Positions 40,969 through 53,463 of a stretch of DNA of 64,000 bases are shown piece after piece (position 1 is the first letter of the stretch; every line of letters begins with the position of its first letter). Both the position numbers and the translations under genes were made by a program. The stretch is from positions 62,001 through 126,000 of the forward strand of contig MNCI01001882.1 of the NCBI GenBank assembly GCA_015680685.1, read 5' to 3'. The notes under the pieces were generated by a model. It saw only the letters and a list, made by a program, of their open reading frames with translations. It ran no database searches and was not told the origin of the DNA. The DNA comes from Gnetum montanum. Its lineage: Eukaryota; Plantae; Gnetophyta.

Positions 40969-41089
40969 CCTGAAACTGTCTAAATTTAACTTGATCTCAC
41001 ACACCTACTCCTTGTACTACCGATCTACTACCGGGTACCCTCAGACTCAGTAATTTTGAACCTTCAAAATCAGTATCCTATTCTGCAAT

Positions 41090-41490
41090 ATTCTTAGCAT
41101 CTACACGCTGCAAACCCTCTCAACGTCTACATGCTGCAAACCCTCTTAGTGTCTACACGTTGCAAACATTCTTAGCGTCTACACGCTGCAAACATCTTGC
41201 TCGCAGTATAGACCCTCCCTACACGCTGCAATCATCTAAACTTGTACGCTGTAGACTTAGTCTACACACCGTCCTGTAAACTTGTACACTGTAGACTCTT
41301 TGTACACACTGCCTTGAAAACCTACACGCTCGCCATTCTATCTACACGCTGACAGTTGCAGCTTGCACGCTATGACCTTGGTTTACGCGTTGTGACCAGT
41401 TTCAGTACTCTAATTACTGAAGTCTGTACGTTGGGACCCAGTCCACATGCTGTGCCAACAGGTCACACGTTGTTAACTTAGGTGTACACT
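41090..41490. repeat. Short tandem TACACGCTG(CA) array in the 5' UTR of element B
   Basis: More than 12 degenerate copies of CTACACGCTGCAAAC / GTACACTG spaced ~20-27 bp apart. Confidence 0.85.
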
Positions 41491-41583
41491 GATAAGCACA
41501 CCCTTTCATACTTAGCCAAGTACTTACCTATATGTCCTGACATTGCATCTTTTCCATCGAGTTACATTTACAACCCTTTCACC

Positions 41584-44500
41584 ATGAATACCGCCAACAC
41601 CAATGCTTCGACCAAGTCCATTCCGGATGTCATGGACCCCACGACGATGCCAATGCCTATTATGAAACCCATCAGAGCCCATGCTAAGGTTAATCCCTGG
41701 GGGGGACCTCATCGATCTCTTAGGCTACAAGGGAAAAATCTGTCATTTAACGTTATCACGCAGGAATAATATAATTTTATATGCATAAAAATTCAAGCCA
41801 AGCTAGCAGTGGATCAAAATAAAATGGAGGCCAAGAGACAATATGAACTATTTCACAGGGGAGAGCATGAATTCATCCCTTCCCCATATGATGTCATCCC
41901 TCTTCCAGAGCACTACTCTAAGATCGTCTCGCAGCTCCTCTTAGCTAGGAATCAGTCTTTTGAACAGTCTATGGCAAATCCTCAATTGGAGGAGGAGGAT
42001 GACTTTGCAGCTTAGTCTGAACATGAAGATTCATACCATATCCTTAGCCTCCAAACTTACGCTAACAAGTTGTTCCACCCCTTTACAGGGGAGACTATGT
42101 CCCTCCATTCATTTAAAACCACTCAAGCACTTGTGCCCCAATAGGAAGTCTCCACCCTCATTCCCACTCTCCCTACGACTGATAACCAATTCAACATAGC
42201 CATCGCCATTATCCCTCTAGTCACCGCATTACGCCCCCCCCCCCCCTCTTGCAAATACAACCCCAACAACAACGTCCTCAAAATAATGTAGGAGTGACCT
42301 TCCCACCCCGAGTGATCAGGATGCCATATGCGATACCAGCTTCTACATCCGCACACTATATACCATGGATCCAAACTCAAGGAGCTTCCTTCACCACTTC
42401 AACTCAACAAGTTCAGGGTGTTCCTACACAAAACGTGACCAGACAATGAGCTGGGACTGGTACACAAGCACATCAACCGCATAATTACAATGTACCAACT
42501 CCTACAATTCCACCCATAAACATCCCTCAGATACAACAACAATAACAACAACAACAACCCTTTACTTATAGTATGCCACCCTTAGCAGCACCTACCATAA
42601 ATATTTCGCAAGCCTAAGCCCCAATCACTCAGCTCTGCTCTTTCCCGCCCGCCATCCAACAATCTAACTTGTATACTACACCACATAATCAATCTACCAT
42701 CTCACCTAGTGTCCAAGATTGGGTTGATACTAAAAAACTCATGCAAGAGCTAACTGACGAGGTTAAGTGCCTCAAAACCGCCACCGACGAAGAGCTTAAG
42801 ATAGTGGATTTCTATCAAGATGACCCTATCAGCACTTCAGTTCCACCTCTAACATTACCTAAGGGTGTTTCCTTACCTATGTTGACTAAATACAACAGAG
42901 AGATAGATCCCAATGCCCATCTCATAACGTTTAGATTAGAATGCACGTTACTTCAGGCGTGGCCACATGCCATCTTGCGAGTATTCCCCATGTCCCTCAC
43001 AAGGAAGGCGCTTGACTGGTATCGGGCTTTGCCCTGAAACTCCATATATTCTTTGGGAGATCTACTACACCAGTTTGTCACTAGGTTCAAGTATAACTTG
43101 AAGCTTGAAGCAACACTTGACAGCCTGATACAAGTCAAGCAAGCACCACTAGAACCTGTTCAAAAATTTATTCAACGGTGGAGTGCTACCCTCAATGAAC
43201 TACATGAACCAATCCCAGAGACTTATCTCCTCCCTATTCTAAAGGGGGCTGTGAATGATTTCATGAAGTCCAAGCTATACTACCTTAATTCATGCACGCT
43301 CAGTCAAGCATTTGTACAAATAAAGAACATAGAAGAGGTAGCCCAAAACAGCCATGACCTTGCCTATTCGGCCTTCAAAAATCAACACAATAAGAAAGAC
43401 AAAGAAAAGGCTAAGGAAATAATAGCAGCAGTAGCAGAAACATGACAAACGAGTATGGGGCAACAAGGTAAACTGCCTACTTCCCCCACTAACTATGCTA
43501 GACCTCCTCCCGCTACTGCACCCAAACCATCCACATGACAAAATCCTACACTAGGTCATACGAGAAACTTCGAGAGGAGAGACCCCTCTCAATACACACC
43601 ATTGCCCATGAAACCCTTGCAATTATTTGACCAACTCTTGAAGGCTGGGCTAATGAAACATAAATAATTGTCCCTGGTAGCAATCCAAAGACATGATCAA
43701 TTCTATCAGTTGGTTGAGAACCCAAGCTTGGCAATGCCCAACGAGCCTCCAGTTCCAAGAGGGTTTAGAATAGACCGCTTTTGCGATTACCATTAATGCA
43801 ATGGGCATGGCACTGATTATTGCTTCACCCTGAAACAAGATATCCAATAGATGATCGATGGAGGTGAGATTACTTTCAATGAAGCCAACCCAGTCAAGCC
43901 ACAAAACCAGGCTATGGGAATATATAAGGATCCTCTAAATACTAAGGAGGCTCCATATGTAATTAACACCATCTACCTAGACAGCGAACAAGAAACACCT
44001 AGAATTAGCAACATTTACTCAGATAACGAATAGCAAATACCTACAAGACCCTTTGTAGTTCGTATTCCTTCTACTGCACAAACACCCACATCCCAATCAT
44101 CATACTCTCCATGTAATCCGCCCACCCCGCAAAGACCCTATGTCATCCGGATACCCCCCACGGTGGTAGCCTCTACCATACCACCAAAACCATATGTGGT
44201 GCGTATACCTCCCACTGCTATAAACATGCAACCTCCTACCCGACCCGCATCCCATGTAGTCCAAATGCCACCTGTAGTTGCAACTACGATGGAACAACCA
44301 TCAACTAGAACAACTCCGTATGTTGTTAGGATACCCAAACATCCTGATAACCACCAACCTTCCGCCCTTTCAACACAAAATAAACCAACCCCATATGTTG
44401 TTAGGGTGCCTAGGCAGCCTGACATTCAACCACCGTCAACCATCCAATCGCAACCTCAGCCTACTCCATACATCATATGGGTTCCAAAGCAACCGTACAT

Positions 44501-45846
44501 TCAAAAACCAAATGTTCCCCCCACGCCACATGCGGGAACGCCTAGCAGACAGGCTCACACAAGAACGATTGGAGAAAGAACGTCAACAGCTTGCCTTGGG
44601 AACCCCTAAGCCTACTCCAGTGGGTGTAATACCCATGGCATCACTTGATAATGAACCAAACGCTAAGGGAGAACCATCGGGAATGAATGATACATCCAAA
44701 TCAATAATTATGGAAGAAAAAGGCAAACTAGCTACACATGAGATAAAACTGCTAGTCTTGATGGACCAAGTAACCATTAACAAACATACTCCTAACAGTA
44801 AAGATCTAGTAATAGCTCTAACATAGGTCACGTAGGCACTTAAACAGAAAAATACCTCATTAAGCCTATATGACCTGATATTAACTTCTCATGCTCATCG
44901 CGAAGTGCTGGTACTCATGTTAACATTGGTCCCAGTAAGTGAGGACTTACCTCCAAATGAACCTTCAATTCATGCGGTAATGTATTCGCCTCAAGGATCG
45001 ACTTCTAAATCACTACATTTCCACACTGAAAACATCAAAACTGATCAGAGAACCAGAGACGTCACCTACGCACCTATGTTCATAACAATACAAGTAGGTT
45101 AATTCCAAATACATCGGGTGCATGTAGATGATGGAGCCGCCACAAATGTAATACCCTACCTCGTCATCGAACAATTAGGGCTCACGCAACTAATTAAACC
45201 AACTTCCACCACATGCTTAAAATCGTTTAGTGGATCACACGTAGTGGTAAAAGGTACTATAACTTTGGACTTTATAGCAGGGGATCGATTCCCCACATTA
45301 GCTAACTTTGTTGTCATCGACAAAATGTGAGGGTTCAATTTAATATTAGGAAGACCCTAGCTAGCCCAAATCAAAGCAGTCTCTTCCCCTATACACCAAG
45401 AGATCCACCTGCCTTACGAATGTGGTGAAATCATCATACACGGGGAGGCTGCTACACCTACCAGTTCATCGCATACAAATACAGACCAAGGCTCAAAGGT
45501 TAGGTTTGAAAAGCCTAAACAAGATGACACAAAAAGAAAACAAAGTTACACGCAACCAGTAAACAATGATCCATTAGACGTAAACGAAACTTTACCTAAC
45601 ATAGAAACACCCAGACCTAAAACTGTACCTACACTGCCTAACCTAGAAATTACAATAGATATCGAAACTACAGAACATATGGAAACACTAGAAGACACTA
45701 ACATAGAGCATATCCCATCAGACGTCCCTTGGGCTAAATTACCATTCAACGTAATCAGCGAAGGGGACGCTGAGTATAGAATCACACCTATTAATATCAC
45801 TCCTAATGTTAAATTTCGAAAAATCAAAAAATTACTAAACCATTAA
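41584..45846 (+). pseudogene. Element B gag-protease (Tat-type), disrupted
   Basis: Gag: LTKYNREIDPNAHLITF..RVFPMSLTRKALDWY. Knuckle: FCDYH*CNGHGTDYC. Protease: RVHVDDGAATNVIP, FNLILGRP. Terminates with TAA at 45846. Confidence 0.92.
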
Positions 45847-46607
45847 ACTACATGCTTCGTCCGAAATGACGTTAAACTACCACATGTCCACAATGACATG
45901 AAACTAGCCTTGGTCAGAAATGGTCGGTTTATCAAGGAACTCACCAGTGTCATTTGGAACTTCTCTTGTTTACATGGGGCCCGAAATGGCCTTAAACTAG
46001 TGCATGGGGCCCAGAATGGCTTTAAACTAGAACATCAAGACTACAGTTTGTCATGACTTTAAACTGACACATATGTGCCCATGGCCCAAAATGGCCTTAA
46101 ACTAGAGTATTTTTCTTATATTGCTTTGTTCTCAATTTAAGTTTACAGTTCATGTTTACCCTGTTGTGTTGTTACATTACCAGCCGTAGTTTCTTCAACA
46201 TCCCCTATCTCTGTTCCTACTTCACGCATTAAACTTAAGCAAACAATGAACAAAAACATTTTACATTGCTGCATCGCATTTACATTCAAGCCCAAAAGAT
46301 TTCCACTTTAAATTTTCACTTACCAGTATTCAAATAAAATTCAAACAAAAAAATGAATAAATAGAAAATTCAATAAAGAAAGTATAAATGTATCAACATC
46401 AAATTACAACTTAGTGTAATGTCCTCACACGATACATAGATCGCATGCATAATCATTTTAACAACAAACAAGAAATATATACTCATATACAAATAGACAA
46501 TTATAGTGGTTAACCAATCCCATCCATTAGTTCATATACAATCCAAAACAAAACATTCTGCTTGCAGCTCGTATAAAACATGGGCAATCCTAAAACCAAA
46601 TTTAAAG

Positions 46608-49600
46608 CTAAGCATCAAGGTCGGGAGGGGTGTCCCCCTCAGACTCCTTGGCCCCATGGGTCCCTGCTCAACTGGGGCCACCCTCTTGACCATTGCCATC
46701 GCCCTGACCCTACAAAAAGGTAAAAGAAAATGATGAATACAAAAAGAAAAGAGAAGAATCCCAAAAGTTAATAAACAAAATTCACAACTTTAAATTACTT
46801 ACTGAAGAGGATCCTCCTAGACCGAACTCCAACTAATGAAGGATTTATTCTTTGGAAACACTTGCCCAGTCAGTCCCATCAAGGCCTAAATCAACATTGG
46901 TCAAAGCCTTCCCTTTGTCCACTGCAGACCAAGTGGGACATTTTAGAGGAAACTCCCCCACAGAAACCTCCCCAGAAGCCGTGGTGATTACCCTCTTGGG
47001 TGATTCCATCTCCACCATAGTATGCTTGGCAAATGCATCAAATGAGGAGCACAGGCCTAAACACTCAACAAAAATTTCGAGCTAACGCTTCTCTATAGAT
47101 ACCACTTTTAACAACTTTTTATAATGATACTTATGGGTCTTCTCATCTTGACCCCATTTTCATACCTTAGAAGCGAAAGCCTTCCAATCTTGACATTTGA
47201 GGTTCAGTAAATCTATTTGTGCTTTACGCTCTGCTAACTCCCGAGTCAACGATACTTGGCAATTTAACAAATTCCAATATCTATCATAATTAATTTTAGA
47301 AGTTCATCAAGAGCGATCAACTATTAACCTTGCCAAGGCAAACTCATAGCATGATTTGAGATCATCCCACTCTGCTGATAGCTTCAAAATCTCTTTTTCT
47401 CCTACCTGAATCTGCACCCATAGCCTCTTGATGGAACGCCTACATATCCAAAGAGACTTGGCATTCTACACAACGCACTCTACCACTTCATCATAAATTT
47501 GTCAGGGCACTTGCTCAATTTCTAGGGGTAGCGCAGGTAAACTATCAATACCAGTGGCCTTAGCTGAATCCCATTTCAGTTTAGCCCCTATTCATATGAG
47601 GAAAACATACATTAGACATTGGATAGTAGCAACAGATAAAAAAAATCCCAAAGGATACATACCTATTCCAGGGTGAGCTTGCTCAATATGATCAACCACT
47701 TCATCAATGACACCAGTTATAAAATCCATTTTACTTGGCATTTCGATCCAAGTAGAAGGTTCATGTATAGGAGACGGGTTAACTTCGGTGGTCGTTTTTG
47801 TAGAGGCCTTCATCATGGGAACTTCTAAATGAATGTTAGGGACCATCCTAGTCTCAACATTTTTTCCTGGTAGCAGTAAAAGCATGAAATAAAAATTTAG
47901 AATGATGGAAAGCATAATTCCAAAGGCAAATGCCATAATAAGGAGAACATACCGGAATCTCTGACCTCTTTTGGATTTAGAGGATCACCAAGGTCTAGTC
48001 TCCCTCTAAAGAAACCATCGAACATCTCATCAACACCATCCTGATCATCGATGTTACCCTTTTCCGTTGTGTCTCCCTCCTGATCTTCCATTCCTCCCGT
48101 CTCGTCCCTGCCTGCCTCATCCTCCTCGTTTAAGTTCGTTGAGGCCTCTTCCTCCTCGATGATTAGTGCTAATATCTCTTTTCTTACTCTAGAAGTCAAC
48201 TCTAATGGCATTCATAGGTTCAACATCAAGCATGGTATAAACCAACAAAAAATGAAGTAAAAATAATGGTGATGATAGCAAAACAAGGACAAATCAGTAA
48301 ATCAAGATTACCTCGTACAGGCATCTTAAACCGCATACATTTCACCCTTGGTTCATCTATGGTTAGAGCAACCTCTTTAGGATGTTCACGCTTCTGAACT
48401 TTTGCCTTTCCTTTTCTGATTGTTTCCTGGATAACCCAATCAGCTCTCTTAGCAGTGTAGGGCACATTATATGGTTCCAACCCTACGCTATCATGCATGT
48501 GAATTGACTGACCAAATGACCCCTCCGTTGTGATAGAAACTGAATCGTCAATCCCCTCAAGAGCATCTTGAGATTTAGCCACCTCCAATAAGTGGCAAAT
48601 CCACGGGCGAGATAGTTAATGGCGATCCCTTAACATGTACTTGTTATCCACGTGAACAACCAGAAATTCAGCCAGCTGGTGCAAGTAACCAGGAAAGAAT
48701 GCAAAAGTGAAATGAGATTGCACCTCAATGTTCGAACGCAACCTCACTATCTCCCCATGGAAACCTGAAAGCAAAAACTGGGCCTAGTTATAACGTATCT
48801 CAGTCTCTAAAATAGTGTGCATGATGTGCACAGGTTCTACCCCAAAACTTTTTACTTGAGACAGAGACTTGGGAAACACTTGCGCCCTGAATAAGGGATA
48901 TAACTCATTGACTTCTTCCCCTTTGAGCCCTTAGGGACACCCAACCAGTTCTCCAATTCACAAACCACATGGATTTCCCTCTATGTCCTATCCAAAATCA
49001 CTTTAATTCCAGCTGCTGGTACACCAAAGAAGTCCAAAAAGAACTCCTCTGATAGATGGAAAACCACTTTGACACCCTTGATGTGAGTGCTATAGTAGGC
49101 GATAGACTAGTCGAAAGAATCAATGATTCCAATCATCTCCATCACATAAACATTAGGGCTTAGGGCAATAAACAAATCCATGAGGCCCACATCACTCAAA
49201 CGACTGATGATATGTGGCGATGCCTTTGTATGTAACCATCGCTGTGCGTCATTGACTTCCCCAAATTTCATGGACAGAGTGCTCTCAGTCCACCTAGTTG
49301 TGATAGTGGCTCCACTAGATGGGGCGTCCACTACATGCACAAGATAATCCCAGCAAGTCAACATAAATAATGATGTAGCAAAACAAGCAAACTGAGGTGT
49401 CAAAAATACCATTACTTATCGTCAATCGATGTATTCAGATCGCTAGGAGCCAAATCGGCATCACATGGGAAAACTGGCCCAATATGAGACCAATCCCCAT
49501 GCAACCACCCCCTAGCCTCGCATTGTGCAAGTGCCCTCAAGTACCATTTATGGAAATGAACAATGTCATGCTTAGTCTAGGCCAACATGGCACCACAAAG

Positions 49601-50692
49601 AGTGGGGCCTTCCATGAAGGCCTCCAAGGCGGTACGAGCCAAAGCGAGCCCATCATCGCCTACGCACACTCCTTCTTTATCGAACTGAGGCTTGCAAAGA
49701 GATGGTGATCAATATGTAAACCACTACTAAGCAGCAAGGCAAAAAAAATAGTAAATTGAACAACCTTACCTTCCTACTCGGTACACTATTCCATGAGGGT
49801 TTTGGAACAAAGTATGTGCACGAGTAGCTAGGAACAAGGTGTTATTGATCTGGTAAGACCCATGTGACAATAAGTCCCACACACGTGATAATGGATGGCT
49901 AGATCTGGGTCCCCCAGAGGGACCGTCCTCAATCGTAAGTGGTCCCTCATCAATGTCCACCACGAAAGCCATAACGCCATTTGAAGACCCTGGTAACATG
50001 ATCTCGAGCACACTCAATGCTAATTGTTCACTTAAATACGACCATATTACCATGTTGAATTTGTCTAAGATGAAGGCAAGGAATTCACAAGCCCCTTCTC
50101 TAAACCATACCCCATTACGATAAATTGTCATATTAGGAATTGGCTCATCAGAATCAATCAGACCAAACCATGTCAGGACTCCAATGAGCTCGACCACCAA
50201 GAGGAAAGGTTTGGCATCCCTGCATGTATTCAAAAAATAGGGTGAATAAGCCATGTAAAAATAAAGTTCTACACTAGGGAGCCAACACTTAGAAAAAAAA
50301 TTTCAGCATCAAACTTAGCATGCATGCTACACACTGGAAAACTCAGCGTGCACCCTGCACCCTGGCAAACTCAGCGTGCACACTGCACGCTGGAAAGCGC
50401 AGCGTGTAGATCCTGCATGTTGCACGCTAGATCACGATCACAATAACCATACACGCTAAGTAGAGAAACCTTACGCTATGGAAATATCAACGCTATGCAA
50501 TGAGAAAATCGATAGGAACAATGGGCAAAAACACAAATTTTGATGAAGGGTCAGAGCCTACCTGCACATCGACCCTGACCATGAGGGAATCCGGGATCTA
50601 GGCAGACAATGGAGCATTGCTTCACTCTCTTAGGCAAAGATCAAGCTAGGATCCTTCCTCCCCTAGCCTTCTACCTACTTACCCTTGCTCAT
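46608..50692 (-). pseudogene. Element B antisense ~7-exon accessory gene (NIF/FCP1-like + PMD/Transposase_32-like + coiled coil)
   Basis: Exons: 50692-50562, 50219-49770, ~49690-49420, ~49368-48312, ~48220-47953, 47866-46803, 46709-46608. Donors GTAGGC, GTAAGG, GTAATC, GTATGT, GTAAGT. HAD-like LLVVELIGVL...WFREGACEFLAFILDKFNMVIWS. Confidence 0.85.
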
Positions 50693-51481
50693 CGTGGTGT
50701 TCACGAGAACCCTGTATGCTGGGGTTTTATTCCTACATGCTGCATGCCAGGGTTTAGTCCTGCACGTTGCCCTGATTCCTGTATGCTACACATCGAGGTT
50801 TAGTCCTACACACTACCTTGATTCCTACACGCTGCATGCTGGGGTTTAGTCCTACACACTGCTCTAATTCCTACACACTGCATGCTAATGCCATGGGACC
50901 AAGGTTAACACTGATGCCATGGGCTCGTCGTTCACGCTAAAACTGTCGCCTGAAATGCACGTTCACGTCATGAAATTTGGTTCATGTTCACGTTGTGATT
51001 TGGCTCAAGTTCACGCTTCCTGTGTTGACAGTTGGGTTCACGCTCAATCCATGTATTTTATACCACTACGTTGACCCCACCACCACCGCCTTGAATATTT
51101 TATTCAATTTATTCAAAATTAACCAAAGTACAAAGTATGAGCAAATGCTAAACAAAAATAATGATATAATGAACACTACCACATACCATATTCTCTTGCG
51201 AAACAATTCCGGTTGTCCACACTAAACATTTTGACGTAAACTCCTCATCTGATAGTCTCATACCCAATAACCATGTACAAATCATACAACCAACTAGATG
51301 TCATAAATTGCCACATTCGGACCGGTAAGGCCTTAAACTGCCATGTGCCCAGGTACGACGATAAACTACCACTACATACCTTAGCCACTGTTAAACGTAC
51401 ACATGATTTACATTTACTAGAAAAGTGTAACAACCCTTCCAAGCTCACTCTACTCCCTATTTATTGGCAAGAGCAAGCCCG

Positions 51482-51526
51482 ATGGATTACAAGCATCTAT
51501 TCACACCATTGACCATCAATGGACCA
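51482..51526 (+). pseudogene. First 15 codons of element B pol ORF (MDYKHLFTPLTINGP), interrupted by insertion of element C
   Basis: Homologous to the element C pol start MDANLFTPLALTGP. LTR C begins immediately afterwards. Confidence 0.75.
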
Positions 51527-53129
51527 TGCGGGCAGATCACAAGAGAAATCAACATAAATTCTATCAACTTAGATGAAACACCATGGAAATTGTGGATCGT
51601 CCTAAGGTGAAGATTCACAATTCAGGCAAAAGCTCGTAGCAAAAATCTAGAAGGCAGAACTACTCAAAAAGGCGTGCAACATCAAGTCTTCAAATTTCTT
51701 AAAAAATTCTAACTTTGTTGCTCCTTATGCTACATTATGCAATGTAGCTTCATGTCACTTAGTGTAATTCTATGTGATGTAATGAAGGTAGCTTACTAGA
51801 GCAATGAAGTCAGCAAAAATTTGGAACTTCTGCAAATATGACAAGTTTAAGGCCTAAGCAGTAGTCTATGACTTGTCGCATATTCCACCAACTCTTTTGA
51901 TTAGGACTGTATTCACGCTCCATTACGCAAAGTAGCATAATGAGCCTTGAAGAAATCAAAGTGAACATCAAAAGAAGCATGGTAGATTGGTCGCTTTACA
52001 CTTTATTATGCTACGCAACGTAAGTAAGCGTAACACGCTGAAAAGTTGACCATTTTACGCTCTATTACGCTTTGCGGTGTAAATAAGCACAAAAAATGAC
52101 TTGAGTTAACCACTTTTATGCTCTATTATGCTTTGTAGCATAAATAAGTGTAACACATGTGGAATTCATCACATTACGCTCTGCTACGCTACGTGGCGTA
52201 AATGAGCGTAATGCAGTATAAAGTCAATTAACGTAGTATTAGACATGCACTTGTTACCCATTTGCGGAAATATGCTCATCAGTGTATCGTAGCATAATCA
52301 TGAGGCGGTTTCAGAAAGAGTGGTTTACAGTGCACCTCGCCCCCAAGACGTAATGTGGCATGACCAGCTTTAACATAAAAATTGTCAAGTCAATGGTGTT
52401 TTGAAAGTTCGAGACACGTGTCATCAAGACCGTGCCTTCCCATATGATGCTGAACTTACAAATACCCCAGTTGACGAAGAAAAAGGAAAGGAGAAAGGGG
52501 GGAGGTATTTTCTTCTTTTGAAGGACATAAGGCATTGTTTGAGCATTGGCAACAGGAGCGATCAATCTTCTTGGCGAAAACATTATCCTCTTCATTGGCG
52601 ATCATTAGCATCTTTAAGCAAAGATTACCGAGGGCAAAAGGAGTAGATCAAAGATCAAGAGATCATTTGGTATGATTGGCAAGGTTTATTGATCAGAAAT
52701 AGTTGATCGATAGACATCCAGGCTTGACCTTCTTTGCATTCCACTTTTGGCTTACGAGGTAGATCAAACTTCATTCTGTTCTCCCTTTTAAACAGTTTTC
52801 TTGTTGTTTCATGTATGCTTCGCAAAAAGATAAGTGAAGTCTGCCATTGGAACATTGTATGCAATATATTCAGCTTTCGAGTCAAATCATAGATCTTGGA
52901 ATTACGCATCTTTCCTAAATTTGATCTTCCTTGTCGCATTGACGTTATCGTTATTTCAAGTTCTTTACATTGTTGTCTACTCCTTCTACGATTCACCGAA
53001 TTAATTCATTTCATGAAATATATATATCAAATATATACTATCATGATATTTGATAATTTACTGATTAAGTAAGTCCCTGTCTAATCGAACAAGACCATTC
53101 AAGGCACCTCGGATCTGTTTTCTCCAGCA
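51527..53129 (+). mobile_element. 5' LTR of element C (nested in B; left flank GACCA is the expected TSD)
   Basis: TGCGGGCAGATC starts exactly where B pol homology breaks. It ends ...GATCTGTTTTCTCCAGCA (or CCCTCGCA at 53140), and gag starts ~330 bp later. Confidence 0.75.
51905..52215. repeat. Tandem ~60-bp palindromic units in LTR C
   Basis: About 5 units of TTACGCTC.ATTACGC...GCGTAAAT.AGCGTAA. The best unit (~52172-52213) has 10-bp perfect arms CATTACGCTC/GAGCGTAATG. Confidence 0.8.
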
Positions 53130-53463
53130 TGGCCCTCGCATAGATCCGTGGTTAGGACTGTGTACACAGATCTTCGCTCGGTATTTCCAGTGACTGACAT
53201 TTTCCATCATTACAATTTTCTGGCGTTACAAGGAGGGCTTGAACCTCCGATCCATATTTTATGGGTAACCCTATAAGCAATCCATACCCACGTTCACATA
53301 ACATAAACGTAATACCTCTAGGGAAGTTTACAAAATCGTGTGGTGTAGATTGGTCACAGTAACGATTCCTTTGGAATCCTACAAGGTAGAAAGCCCAATC
53401 GTGGTTCCGTTTTGCCATCACCTTTTAAATCTTTTCATTTATTGTTATTGATCTATCTGAGAG

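Noticed and set aside
41090-41490. Repeat-spacer appearance suggesting a CRISPR array
   Set aside because: Units are short, degenerate and irregular, the context is a eukaryotic retroelement UTR, and there are no cas genes.
49766-50254. NIF-like ORF as a host CTD-phosphatase gene
   Set aside because: It occurs three times, each time at the same position inside a gypsy element, with neighbouring exons decayed by stop codons and no catalytic DxD.
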